Positions 12,904-26,100 of a stretch of DNA of 64,000 nt are shown here, piece by piece. The stretch is from Vicugna vicugna. Taxonomy: Eukaryota. Location of the stretch: contig MU058384.1 of assembly GCA_013265495.1 (NCBI GenBank), positions 5,762,792 through 5,826,791 of the forward strand, written 5' to 3'. The notes below the pieces were generated by a model that saw only the letters and a list, made by a program, of their open reading frames with translations, was not told the DNA's origin and made no database searches. Numbering within the stretch: position 1 is the stretch's first letter; every line of letters starts with the position of its first letter. The translations under genes and the position numbers were made by a program.

Positions 12904-13756
12904 ACTGAAAATTTAAATTAAAAAAAACAGATTTCACCCAATCTCTATGGCTATAATGAAATGATGGAGTATATGTAAGAACACTTAGCAAACAATATAT
13001 TTGAAAACTTTATCTAAAACACAATTGGAAAATCAACACAAAAACTCAAATAGCGGCGCTCTGCAATAGAAACTATTACTGCATTATTATTAGAAATTAT
13101 TGTTGCATTAATAGATTCTAGACTACAAACAAGAAGTCCAATTTTGAAAAAAGTTATTAAATTTATTTTTATCTGTTTGAATTTTATAAGATATCTTAAG
13201 TGAAATTAGTGTTAAAAGTTAAAGAAGGCAGGAAATAAAATTCAGTGTAATAAAGACTTTGAATACATCAAAAGCACTAAGAAAGTCTTTAAAAGAAAAT
13301 AAATTGTGTTTATGAAAAATGTATGATTGATAATAAATAAATGACAGAGTTCATTGATATTAACGCCAACTTTAAATGGAAAACACTGGAAATATTAAAA
13401 ACATTTATCTCAACTGTAAACCACAAAGCCTGTCCCATCTATGGGCCAGAACTAAATTTCAAAATCAATTCTTTTGTATTTCACCCCCTAAATGATCTTT
13501 GTTATTTACATTAATTTTCTTTTTCAATTCTTTGATGCTATTGATATAACAGCATTATTTTTAAAAGAAAGGGTCATTGTATCAAAAGAATGTCATGACT
13601 TTACAGATGCTTTCTGACCAAGGTAACTTACAGAACTACGTAACTATGTAACACGTCTAGCTTAAATGGAATACTGATCATAGAAACAAAGTTGCTATAG
13701 ATGGGCAACCATGTATAAGTTTTTTCCTAAAAACCTATTTTAAGTCAAACAAAAAG

Positions 13757-13835
13757 TTTTAATTGAGTTATATCTGACATACAACACATGTAAGTTTGTG
13801 GTGTACAACATATTGCTTTGATACACTTATATTGC
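13757..13835 (-). mobile_element. L1MA-type 3'-end fragment
   Basis: TTTTAATTGAG...TGACATACAAC...TAAGTTT...GTGTACAACATA...TTTGATACACTTATATTG. Confidence 0.65.
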
Positions 13836-14872
13836 CCAATACAGCAAAATGTTCAGGGATAACTTTCTGGAGGCATCTCTGAAAACATTCTTTGATTATT
13901 ACAGAATAGATGTAACTTCGCCAAAAATTGGGCGGCAGTGGAGAACGTAGCTCCTCAAAATTAAAACTAATCAAAAATGACACAATGTCTACAATATCAC
14001 ATAAATGTCCAATCCAGTAACCATTTCTGTACAAAAAAGATACTGGAACAAATACACGTTGACACTATCAAAAAGAATTTCCTTTCTATGAAAGAAATAT
14101 ATGTAATAATTTTATAACAAATTATTATGTTCTAATGAGACTTTGAGTCCCTTGATGTTGCAAATAAAATTTAGATTTTATGTTAACTGACTTTGTTCAT
14201 AAAATATACAGAATGACTTCATGATTTTTCATAATTATTATCACCCCTTCCTCTACTGTCCCATCCACATCTCCTAGGCCCATATCCATGGCAGTTTGAA
14301 CTTAATTCCTTGATAGGCTTAATCTTCCAAACTAAACAGCAAAATTCCTAGAAAATAAAGATGTTCAAGGGTAGTTTTGTCTTTGTTGAGCACTCAGGGT
14401 GGCGGGCCAGTGCAGAAGAATGTACCCATTGAAAATCAGAGCCTTGACTTTTTTCCAAAAAGGGGCAAAAGAGATGGAAAAGTACTATTTCTTATTTTTA
14501 TTCTGGTATAAAGAGCACTACTGATTATCATGGAACAAAAATATTTGGTTCTTTCTCTACCAAAATGCCATCAAAACAACAAAAAAGATTTTTATAAAAT
14601 GGTAGAAAAAGGGTACATTAAGGGAACAGAAATTTCAAGCGATTCCTAAAAGAAGTCAGATGGGCTTATACTGATGAAGCACCTAGTAGAGAGAAGCCCC
14701 AAACCAAAACAGATGTACCTGTGAGAGAGGGCGTCTGCAAAGGTTAGAGCTGTTTTTCCTAAGAGTGTCCTGGGGGAACTGCAACCCCTAGTCTCTATGG
14801 AGAGGATTAGGTACAGCCCAAGTCATGAAACAACCCAGCCTGGGTAGTAACCTCAAACTACTCCTCCACTCC

Positions 14873-15412
14873 TGCAAGAGACTGAACATGCAAGGGAACA
14901 ATTAGCAGACTGTATTTAAAGGTAGAACTCTGGCCTGCAACCTGCAGCAACCAGTGCAAGCAACCGACCCCCTTACCTACTGTACCCAGCCCAGAAATCC
15001 AGCCTGCTGGAAGTCAGCCTTGGAGGAAGACTGACTGCTATCTCTAGTAACAATCCAGAAGGCTTCACCATAACTTCCGTACCAGTTGGCCCCAAATGGC
15101 CAGGACTTAATAATTCCCCAATTTTTGCCTCCACTTCCAACTTAAGACCAGCCAGAGAAAGCCAGATATGCACCCCCAATCAATCACATGGGACACCCCA
15201 CTTTTAGTTAGCCTGCCTACAGCTTCCCCATGCCAACAGTCCCCGATCAGGGCAGACCTGACACCTTCTCTTTTTTCCGTTATAAAGCTTTCCCACTCCT
15301 CTGCCTGCCTTAATTCTCAGCCAAAATGCACATGATGGTGGCTGACTCCCTCGCAGCTGTGAATAAATAGCCTTTGCTTTTCCCATTTGGTTGGTCTTTG
15401 TTTATTTCCACA
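14873..15412 (+). mobile_element. Solo ERV LTR (family not assigned)
   Basis: TG...CA ends; near-TSD ACTCC/ACCCC; TATAAA near 15281 and AATAAA near 15362 in LTR order. Confidence 0.75.
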
Positions 15413-15844
15413 ACCCCAAAATAATTCTCCAAGAAAAGTGGTTGCCTGCTTCAGAGAGCTCCCAAGTGGAGACCAAGAGACGCAGGAAAAAGCCCAAGTT
15501 AACTTCAAATCTGCCACGGGCCCAGTGGGAACGCAAAAAAAGGCAGCACTACCCGATAGTGAATTTCAGTAAAGCCTCCACTTCAGAGAAATCTTTTTTT
15601 GGCAACAGGTAAGGACTTCATCCCGCCCACTTACCATCCATGAAGGAATCACAGAGGTGTTTCTGGCTGCCTGCCCAGCCTGTCCACGCACTCATGCAGC
15701 CCTGGAATTGGCCCTCCCAGTAAGACTGATCTATGGTTTGTAGTTTCCCTTTGACTATTTTAGCTTGGACAGTGTGCTATATGTATGAAATATGGTTACT
15801 TGACATTTGAAGTATATTTTCCCTAATCAAGAATATGCACTTTA

Positions 15845-16059
15845 TTTGGGATTAACATATACACACTACTATATATAAAATAAATAAACAGTAAGGACCT
15901 ATTGTATAGCACAGGGGACTATATTCAATTTCTTATAATAACATATAATGGACAAGAATCTGAAAAAAATATATATGTATGTATATGTATAAGTGAATTA
16001 CTTTGCTGTACACCTGAAATTAACATTGTAAATCAATTACACTTCAATACAAAAAAAAA
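15845..16059 (+). mobile_element. 5'-truncated L1 3' end (artiodactyl-type 3' UTR) with poly(A)
   Basis: Typical ...AAGGACCTATTGTATAGCACAGGG...TGTACACCTGAAA...ACTTCAAT + A-tail; TSD AAGAATATGCACTTTA / AAGAATATGCGCTTCA (2 mismatches). Confidence 0.88.
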
Positions 16060-17039
16060 AAGAATATGCGCTTCAGAAGTAGTTAGCCTATTTTGAAACC
16101 ACTCTAATCAGGAGAACTCACTCCAGGCTATCGCTACAAGCTTCAAGTATTGCCATCTGTACTATAAGGACCATTCATCACCATAAGAGCTGTTAGAATT
16201 ACTTTTGTACTGTTACAAATGAATGGTATTCAAGTTATGTGATTTGCTTAGAAATACTGTACAGGAACATTCGTCCTCGCATGAATTGGGATTTACGAAT
16301 CTGATGACCACAGTTGCCTGTCCTTCAAAACTCCTGTTGCAGGGCTCCAAAAAGACCTGGTTGTACCACTTCATAAAATCACCTGATCTGAGTAGATTAG
16401 CTAAATCTTACCGCCAGAATACCATCACATCCGGCGAACCTTTCATGCAAGATAGTCACTGAGCTTTTAAAAACAGATTTCAAAGCTCTTCTGGGGCCAG
16501 CTTGCTAGAAGCCCTTTGTGCAGCATAATTCAACCTTAGTCTTGCTTTCACAGTAACATATGCTGATAGTAAGACTGTCTAGTGATCCTCTAACTCTCTC
16601 CCACCACTAGTCACGGAGACCACTGACAGGTCCCCAGAAGAACCTGTCTCAAATGGGCAGATTAGCTTAGGTCAGTTCAAATCAAGGGAAAGGCTTGGTT
16701 TGGAAACATATTTACACAATGTCTGAAAAAATGTACACCATGTACCAACATTGATCAACGACTTCCTTAATTTATGAAAATTAATAGACAACCCAGGTCA
16801 TCAGGCAGTTGAAGAGAACATGTAGGATTCTTTTAACATGACTGTGAGGATTAAATCAGACAACTTGCATTAAGTGCTTGGTGTAGTATGTCACTTGGTA
16901 AGTTCTCTAAGAGACAATGATCACTTCTAATAGTTAAATGCAAGGCCTGACAAAGAATCAATAGGGACATTGAAGTTTCATTTACTCTATAATCTCACAT
17001 GAATTTCACAGCTTTTAAAAAACTTCCTCCCATATGGTG

Positions 17040-17860
17040 GCCCCGGGGATATAGCAATGTACAACAGAAAAAGACCCTTCTGAGCACGAGTGTACATCTT
17101 AGGGTGGAGACACTCCAACAAGTATCTATACACCACCAGGGAGCCACCTGTGCTCCAGATTATCATGGAGATGGTTCAGGGGTGGAGAGTAACTGGGCAG
17201 GGCGGGGGAGGGGTGCTTGCTTTAATTCACATGTTTAGGGGAGGCTTTGTCAGAGAAGTCACATTTGAGTGGGGGTTTGAGTGATGCCAGGAGCACATCA
17301 TCGCAGCATCTGGGGGAAGAGGACTCCAGGTGAATAAAGCCCCAAGTGCTGAGACTCTGAGGTGGGAGGATATGTGGAATGTTCAGGAAGACCTAGAGGT
17401 ACAGCATGGGAGAAGGAATCTGGGAGAAAATGAGTGTAGTCGTCCCTGGCCAATTTCTGTAGGGCTTGGAGGCATGATCAGGAGTTTGGATTGTATCCTA
17501 AATACTACAGGGGGACATTGAAGAGTTAGAGCAGAAAAGAGCCATAATCTGGTTTACATTTTGAAAAGATCAATTCAAAAACATTTCAGTAGCCCAGGGA
17601 GGGAAGATGTGGCTGGATCCACAGTATTAGCAGTCAAAGAGGTTAAAACAGGGTAGGATGAGGGGTGAAAATACATAAGATAGAGTCAACAAGTTGTCCA
17701 CAGATTGGACTTAAGATGAGAGACAAAAAGAGAAATTAAAGATGTCACTAAGATTTTGAGGCTGAGAAAGAAGATGAAAGGCAGTGTCATTTGTAAAGAT
17801 GGGATGAGAACACAGGAGAGCCACTTACAGGAAGGGAAGGTGTGTGATTTGGATGTGTTG
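17040..17860 (-). mobile_element. L2 LINE fragment
   Basis: GGGATATAGCAATG...GTCACATTTGAG...GGAGTTTGGATTGTATCCT...ATCTGGTTTACATTTTGAAAAGATC. Confidence 0.7.
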
Positions 17861-20135
17861 CAGGAGTTCCCTGCAACTGGCATTAAAATCTTGATGCAAA
17901 AAAAGTGACCATTGCGATTTAACAAGAGTAGGATTCAGAAAAGCAGACAGTGCAGAAGTCAAATGACCAGTGAATTTGGTCCTAATAGGACAGAGGCAGA
18001 AATATCTCATAGCAGTTTCACTAAGCGTTTAGTGAGGAGGAACGTGGGTTATTATTTGAACTGCAACGTTGTTCATTGGGATTTATAAAATATGCATATG
18101 ACTGTGTCACAGATATTATAACACAGAAGCACCCTCCATCCTCCTCCCCATGACCTTTGGAGAAGGACCCAGAAGGGGCTTGCTGCACTCCTGGGTTTTT
18201 TTGATATTGATCAGGGTAATCGATGAAGAGAAGATTTGGCAGGAGCTGAAAAAATAGAGGCAATTTACGTTGGAAAGGGAGTGAGACTCAGAATAAATCT
18301 TAAATTGAAGAAAGGGGGCAAGACGGCTAGTGGGAGAAAGAAGCCATGTGGAAATACTACAGCAGCCCTCAGTGAATTTCCAGTTTGAGACTGCATGGAC
18401 TGCTTAGCTGTTTGTCTTCTATAATAATATCCACATTCTAGAAGCTGTTCTTAGTAAGTAAATGCTGCAGTTCCAAAAGCATTACTTATTTTTACTTGTT
18501 TATAGTTATCTTTTTCGAATTTTTTCACCATAATAAATTGGGTTTATAGGAAAAGGTAACAATTCAAAATAAAACTGCTGCTTATTAAAAAAAAAAAAGT
18601 TGTAACCTGAATGACCCCAAACAAATACATTTGAAGACTGAATAATTGCAGGAGATGGAAATTAAACCTTCAGTAAAAACGTCCGTTATGTTCTGTTATT
18701 GTAAGGTTATTGAAACAAACAAGAAACAAACAAATAGGAAATATCTTAGAAATCAGGAATGGTGCTAGAAAACAACTGAGAGGCTTTCATTCAGATTTGC
18801 CTTGAGAAGCAGATAATAAAAGCTAGTATTCATTGATCACATATTCAGCATCAGGCACTGTTCTCAGCACATCCATTTTATAGATGAGAAAGCAAAGACC
18901 CAGAGACCTGAAGTCACCTGCCAAGGTCATTCAGGTAAGAAATAACACAACCAGCTTTCCTAGTTGCGCCACCAAACTGTGAATTTTTTTCAAGAAGAAA
19001 AAGAAACCTTCTCCTTCCATGCCAACTTGAGTAAGATTCAAAAATCAAACAGAAGCAAAAGCAAAAACAAAGCCTTCTCCATTCTTCAACCAAAATTTCA
19101 TCTTCTAAGTTAGTGTAGTAACTTTGCCAATAGAGGGCAATGTTGGCTCAGAGAAGTCTGACCAGCCAACTACAGAGGACCCTTGCAGAAAATTCTGGCA
19201 CTGAAGCAACAAGCAGCTCTTTATGGCTTTTTCAAAGAGGATTTTTGCTGTTTTATATAGTGACACTGTAGCTTTATTATTTTATGATTTTTTTTGTTGA
19301 CCTTCAAACATTAAATTGAGACTTGGAGCAAAGGAAAATTCTAGAAACCTTAAATTGACAAGATTTCTGAAGTAGCACTTTGGTTAGACTCTACCACAGA
19401 GAAACAGCACATGAATGAAAATAGAAATTAAGAGTGTTTATATGTCTTTTCAAAATCTTAAACATTTACTTTTATTTTATTTATTTGAAAAGAGAAGCAA
19501 AACACAGGTTTCTCTAGGACTGAAGAACTAGAAAATCATAGGTTTTAAAGCTAGAAGGTAATTAAATTTTAAATTAATCCCTTCATTACATTACAGATTT
19601 GCTGAGGTGAAGCCCTGTTAAAAAAAAAACGATTTCATAAAATATCCCTTAAATCATTTGTCTTATGTAAATATTGTTTATAAATATTTATTTGCCTGAT
19701 TTTCCCATGGTACTTGATTTTATTATTCAACCTATGTTGTCTATTAAGGGTAGCTAAAATCACTTTATACTGAACAAATGTCAACATTGTCATAAATGTT
19801 GAATATTTCAAGGAGTTGCTGTTCCAAAATTAAAGCAAATTTCTCTAAGCAGCTTTGTCTTAAGGCTCAAATACTAATTTACATGGAATTACATGCTGTT
19901 AATGCCTGTCACAATTTTTTAAATCATGAACAAGTTTAGACAGGGAATATTTCCTTTGACACAGGAGTAATTTCTTTTTAGCTGATTGTACCCATTTTAA
20001 GGTTAATCATTCTGGAGTTTTCATTACCTGTGTTGGTGCCACCAAATAAAAAATTTGTACAGCAACTTGTCAGTTTCCAATACAGATGATGGGAACCAGG
20101 GGTTAAACTTCCAAAGTGGATTACAGAGAACTTAG

Positions 20136-20609
20136 ATCTGGTTGTGACTGAATTTGTTCATTTCCTCATTTATTTATCCATCCATCCATCCATTCATTCA
20201 GTAAATGTATACCCAGCATCTAGAAACTACGGCTACAGAGTTGAAGAAAACTGTTAAAAGGTCTACCATCAAGGAACTTACATTTAGAGTGGTTTATAAT
20301 AAAAGCTAATATCTAAATTAACTATAAGACGTACTTGTTGTTATAATGGCTTTATACTGACTGCTTTAAGCAAATCTGGTTGTGACTGAATTTGTTCATT
20401 TCCTCATTTATTTATCCATCCATCCATCCATTCATTCAGTAAATGTATACCCAGCATCTAGAAACTACGGCTACAGAGTTGAAGAAAACTGTTAAAAGGT
20501 CTACCATCAAGGAACTTACATTTAGAGTGGTTTATAATAAAAGCTAATATCTAAATTAACTATAAGACGTACTTGTTGTTATAATGGCTTTATACTGACT
20601 GCTTTAAGC
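20136..20609. repeat. Perfect tandem duplication, 2 x 236 bp separated by AA
   Basis: 20136-20371 is identical base for base to 20374-20609 by manual comparison. Confidence 0.97.
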
Positions 20610-21729
20610 GGTCCAGTAAAACTTCTGAAGCTACTAACGTACATCAAGTCAAGAGTGAATTGTCTTGATATCTGAACAGTAGAATATTTTGACCTTTGAC
20701 AAAGGTTGACCTTCCTCAGTTGACAGGAAATGTCAGTTGGATAGTTAGAGATTATCTATGGTTTACATCAACTTGATTTTATCCATCAAATAAAATGTAC
20801 TGAACATCTAATACATGCTGATACTATGCTCTAAATTAGTTAAGAAACGTGAAATTAGCCTCTGTCCCTAAGGAACATATACTCTGGTTATATTATTGTG
20901 TTCATTTTTAATCCCTAATTTAAAATGGCATCTACTGAGAAGCCTCTGACTTCTTTCTGCTTCTTAATAAAATTCTTAGGAAAAGAGAAATATGGGGGAG
21001 AAAATTAAGCTATGAAAGCTCGCAACACTGAAAATTAAGATTCTAAGAGAAATTTTCTTAACTCTAATGGATAACCTAGGTTGAGAAGCCCAGCCCACAC
21101 TGTGACACAGGAACCTGCACAACCCCAAGACCTCCCAAAATACCTTCCAAGCCATCTGTTCTTGGCTGGAAATACAAGGGCTGGACTAAAAAGAAAGCCA
21201 GGCATCTCTCCCTCTCCTCTGTGGCTGTGGCTTTTTTGGACTGCCAGATTGCCATTCCCTCCTCCATCTACCATTTCTACGCTCCTTTCTTCTTATATCC
21301 ATTTAGGGATGGCAACGTGAGAAGATAAACCGACCAGAAGGAAGGAATCTATTGACTCTGGGGATATGTGATTTCCGTAAGTCAAGTGCTGTAGTCAGAG
21401 AATATCAGCCCTGGAGGGAATCATTGTTCATACACTCTTTGCATCCAGTGTCAGAAAACTGGTCGAAGAGATAGAATAAAACCCCATCCATTCCACAGAA
21501 CAAAGCTAGATGAATATAATCTGTTAGCTGCTAGAATGTAGGCTAGGAGCTGATTATACTAACTTATTAAAAGTTACAAATTCAAAGAAAACATTTAACT
21601 AGCACCCAATTATCAGGAGGTAAAACTAGGGGTATCCATCCACCCAATTTGGCAGATTGTACATCTGGATGGTTACCCCCATTGTGGGACTCTGAATATG
21701 CAAGCAAACCAATGAGAAAACATGGTAGA

Positions 21730-22130
21730 TCTATTAGCTTCCTAGGGCTGCCAGAACAAAGAACCACAAACTGGGTGCCTTAAACAAGAAAAATTTATTG
21801 TCTTAGAGTTCTGGAGGCTAGAAGTCCAAGATCAAGGTGTCAGCAGGGCGGGGCTCCTTCTGAAGTCACTGGGGAAGGCTCGAGTCAGACTTCTCTCCTG
21901 GCTTCTGGGTAGTTCCTTGGTTTTTGACAGCATAATACCAATTTTTATGTGGTGTTTCCCCTATGTGTGTGCCTGTGTCCAAATTTCCCCTGCTTAGAAG
22001 GACAACAGCCACAGTGGATTAGGGGCCACCCTACTTCATCATGACCCTATTTCAACTTAACTGTCTCCACATGCAATGACCACTTTTCTGAACAAAGTCA
22101 CATTCTGAGATACTGGGGCTAGGACTTCAA
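21730..22130 (-). mobile_element. MLT1B/C-like MaLR LTR
   Basis: AGGGCTGCC...CCACAAACTGGGTG...TTCTGGAGGCTAGAAGTCCAAGATCAAGGTGTC...CACATTCTGAG. Confidence 0.85.
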
Positions 22131-22139
22131 AACCAGGTA

Positions 22140-22479
22140 TCATAGTGAACCTTATCAAGAAGGAGAGGATAGAACTGGGCTAAAGCTGTAACTGGTGAAG
22201 GAGCAGCAGTCACTTGCACAAGCCAGGCTAGGCGGGTGTTCGGTCATTCTTGTGGTTTGGAGAACACTTATGTTTTGTCCTGCTCAGGCATGACCGAGTG
22301 GACTTGTTTTTGTCCGGATCCATCATGCTCACAGACGGCCTTGTTTGGTGTTGATGTTCTGTGAAACTGTTTTTGTTCAACCGGAAAGGACAGAACTTAG
22401 CTTGAATGCTAGCAAAACCAAGACCTAATTGACAGGACCAAGCCAGCTCCCTGCTAAGGGGCTGTTTTTCTCATTTTCA
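22140..22479 (-). mobile_element. MER89/MER90/MER110-type ERV1 LTR fragment
   Basis: GGCCTTGTTTGGTGTTGATGTTCTGTGAAA...AGGGGCTGTTTTTCTC resembles the antisense 5' end of this group. Confidence 0.55.
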
Positions 22480-22723
22480 GTCCACAGTTTTGATGAAGGG
22501 CCGGTGAAATTAGGTCACAGGACATTAACCTATGATCCAGCTCTTCACTATGGCTGAAATTTTGCTGATTAGGAGGTTTCCCAGAGAACATAGTCCCTCT
22601 TTCTATCTTTGAACTATTTAAGACTTCAGATTTAGCTCTTATATAACTCTCCTTTGTGTGAAGTTCTTTTTCATTCCTCCCCCAAAATGCCAATTTTACC
22701 CTGATTTCAGAATTGCCATTAGA

Positions 22724-22865
22724 GGGGGTAGGGTGTATAGCTCAGTGGTAGAGTGCTTGCTTAGCATGCATGAGGTCCTGGGTTCAGTCCCTAGTACCTC
22801 CACTTAGAAATAGATAAATAAACCTAATTACCCCCCCACCCCCTGAAAAACAAACAAACAAAAAA
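22724..22865 (+). mobile_element. vic-1-type SINE, full length
   Basis: A/B boxes and A-rich tail; perfect 15-bp TSD AGAATTGCCATTAGA (22709-22723 / 22866-22880). Confidence 0.93.
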
Positions 22866-23043
22866 AGAATTGCCATTAGAAAGACAAACTAGACAATGTA
22901 CTTTCAAAATATATGAAGTAGTCAATCCCTGTGTTTTATGTGAGAGAAAGGTTGATTCCATTACATGGAAAGTCAAGGGCAGAGAGCTGTGTTCACATGT
23001 CCCTCGGAAACATGGTGCTTTCAAAAGCTCTGTATATTTTTGT

Positions 23044-23180
23044 TGAAGGGAAGAGTGTAGCTCAAGGGGTAGAGCACATGCTTAGCATGCAGGATGTCCT
23101 GGGTTCAATCCCCAATACCTCCTCTAAAAATAAATACATAAACCTAATTACCTCCCCACCAAAAGGAAAACGAAAAAAAA
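23044..23180 (+). mobile_element. vic-1-type SINE, full length
   Basis: A/B boxes and A-rich tail; 16-bp TSD CTCTGTATATTTTTGT (23028-23043 / 23181-23196). Confidence 0.93.
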
Positions 23181-26100
23181 CTCTGTATATTTTTGTCACA
23201 TTAAAGAAATTCTGGATTAGTGTGAGAGTGAGAATTGTTTTTTTTTTTTTTTTCCTAAGTGTTTCAGCAAAGGTGAAAGGATAGTTGGTGGGTCTGGTCA
23301 CTGGTGAGAAGCTTTCAAATCAAAACTGTGCAAAGCTCCAGATTTATCAGTAGTAAAAGGACATTTAAGTCTATTCTAAATCATTTTATTTTATTACTAA
23401 GTGCCGAATCCATTGCCTCAACATGTTACAGTGAGAGATTGGATAAAAATATAATTTCTGACTGACGTTCTCTGACTTGATCACAAGATTGGTCAACATG
23501 GAACATTTTATGAACAATGGTAAAGTTTAGGATTAAAGGACATTCATAATCAAAACATTGTTTCTAGAGTAAATTTCATTGTTTTGTTGAATTATACTTA
23601 GTATTTCCTTAAAACATGTAACTAGGGTGAGCGTTATTAAACTCTAAAAATCATTCTCAGTTTTGAGAATGGCCTTCCTGGAAGCAGAACTATTTTGAAA
23701 GTCATGTTGAGTCAGACACACCCTTCAGCAGGCAACTGCCTGGTCCACCAGAAGGCTCAATTTGAAGAAGACCATTAAGAATTGACTATTTTGTAACTAG
23801 CCAGAGTCTTAGCTTTCCATATCTTTCCAAATCTTTCCAAAACAGACTTCTTCTGACAACATACAATGACTGAGTTCCTGCGCTAAACCTTCAGTGATGC
23901 ATGAGAAGGAAGAATTAAACTTTATGTCATCTTTCTTCTCCTTTATCAATGAGGAATTTTAAACCAATTCACCAAAAATGCCTATTCCTTAAATTGCAAA
24001 CGCTGTTTTAACAAGACGAGCAGAATACATTTTGGAATATTTATTTGCATTTTATTCTTAATTCTGTTGGACAGCTGATGAAAGAGAGTTGTTTTTCCTC
24101 CTCTCACATCCTAAGATACTAAATTCTGTATGCTTCATGGCTTCAGGGATATTTTTATTACAGAACAGAAGGTGGAAGGCACTCAAAATAAGGCCTTCCC
24201 TGCCCCACCAGCCCTTTTGTTCTGGAAATACAGCCCACGGAGAGTGCAGAAGCCAGGACTGGCCAGACAAGGATTCTGGGAGCATTAGTTCCAGAGCCTG
24301 AGGAAGAATGGGCAGTTTGGGGTCCATGGTGGTTGAGTGCCTGAGCCCCGGAAGGATAAGACCTTCTTTACAAGGTGGCTCATACCTGAAAGAGCAGCTG
24401 AATACTGATGTCAAGGGGAGTCCACTTATTCCTTTTCCTGATGAGTCCTCCCATATGGAGAGCCCTCCACAGGAGTCAAACACCTGACCTCTCTCCACCC
24501 ATAACTCTCAGTCTCCCAGGGGAGGAGAACCATCTGCTCTGATGAATGAGTTGGGAGAAGGAACCAGGCCTGCACCTCCTAGGTCTTTTCCATTTTCCTT
24601 TGCTGTGTTCTGCAATTGGTTTTCTGGGTTTCATCCCAATGGAGAAGAACTGCAGTCTCCCAGAGCAGCCTTGGCTGGGTTGAGTACCAGCACACCATCT
24701 GACCACTCACTCCAACATAGCTTTATCTGTATCTAAAGTAATATTTTGCTCTCCAGCTGCACTATTCCTACATCTACTTCCCAGCTGGTCCTGAACTTAA
24801 GCAGGGGTAAATGGGGAGGCTATGTATTAACCCCTTCAGACACCAACAACTAAGAATCATAGCCTTAGACGCTGAGGTAACAGATCCTCCTATCCCCTTT
24901 GAATAACCATTCATTCATGTCATGTGTTCAGTGTTAACTGACGACCCATGATTCACTAGGCGCTGTTCTCAGTACTGGGAATGTAACAGGTGGATGTCTC
25001 AACCATGGCAGAGATGTGGCAAATACAAGGAACTTTTCTATGTTGACTCAGCATGTGAGTCTTCTGATCCTTAATGATACCTCCAAACATGGCTGATGTA
25101 TTTAATTAGAATAAATAATACAATCTTTCTCACATGTAAGTACTGTAGCTCAAGTTCACAATTGCTACTAATAATTAAATTTATTTTGAAAGGGGAGCTA
25201 TTATGGACAGATTTGGAGGGCAGGATAGGAAGGGGAAGCTAGGCAAAACCTTCCCTCAAACTATATGGCAATTACATGGACAGTGTAAGAGTTGATTATC
25301 TTTTTGCACAAAGCTACTCTATTACTGGGGGAAAAATCCTAAATGCCAGTAAATTAAGTCCAAAGAGAGGAAGGCTGGATGTTAAAAAAATAAAATAAAA
25401 GGCTACATGTGGCATTCTGTTCTTTCCATATAAGAATTGTTTAAATTATCGCACAGAGAAATAAATTCAAAAATGTTAATTTAATGATTGTCAGATTTAA
25501 TGTAGTCTCTAAATAGCTGGATGGGCAAAATATCATATTTCTGAGGAGTGAATATTACTTAATAAGATAAAGTAAAAGCAAAAAATTATCTTCCTTGAAA
25601 CCTTTGAAAAATATCCAGCGGTCCCTATTCCTTACTCATTTCAGAAACTCTGAGGAAAAAAGACTTGAAGACCCTATTCTTATTGTCACTTCTGATTCTT
25701 ATCTTTGACTAGGGCCAAATGCTAAAAGCCTTTAAAAATTTTCCATTTTCTCCTCATTCACCATAACGTTTGCCAAATTCAAAAAGTGGAGTGTGAGAAA
25801 TAGCTTTACTTCAGTTAAAAAAATGTTTTTAATATGTGGAAGAAAAAAGACATATGACTATGCCAATCCCTACTGTGCTCTAATCACAGAATGTCGGGTT
25901 CAATTTGCATAATAGCTGTTGCAAAACTTGTTCCTTGGCAAGTAGCTCTGGCTCTCAGCAAAGTCCCAGCCCAACTGTCTTATGTCCTGGGCCCCACTCC
26001 ACCCCTATTCCACTGTGGTCTCTGAATTTCCCTACCAGGAAATTCCAAACTTAGGGTTAGTGGATCTCCTCGAGTAAATCTCAGTTTTAAGGATATGCAA

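Larger units (their letters stand above)
12070..14200 (+). mobile_element. Highly decayed L1/Tx1-clade LINE ORF2 fossil, interrupted by LTR, MIR and L1 fragments
   Basis: Collinear degenerate motifs: IKVKL-Y.D (12086), FGK (12170), FEHLG (12256), IETI...KFIFIC (13066-13176), KEGR...DFEY (13221-13266), HKCP (14000). Confidence 0.45.

Noticed and set aside
22724..22802. Functional tRNA-Ala(AGC) genes (here and at 7451, 23048, 34800, 48838, 58165)
   Set aside because: Acceptor stems are mismatched, and most copies have TSDs and/or SINE tails; they are retroposed SINE heads.
23062..23301. Recurring peptide EVLGIEPRTSC(M/L)LS in ORFs at 23062, 34729 and 58139, suggesting a gene family
   Set aside because: It is the antisense translation of the SINE head.
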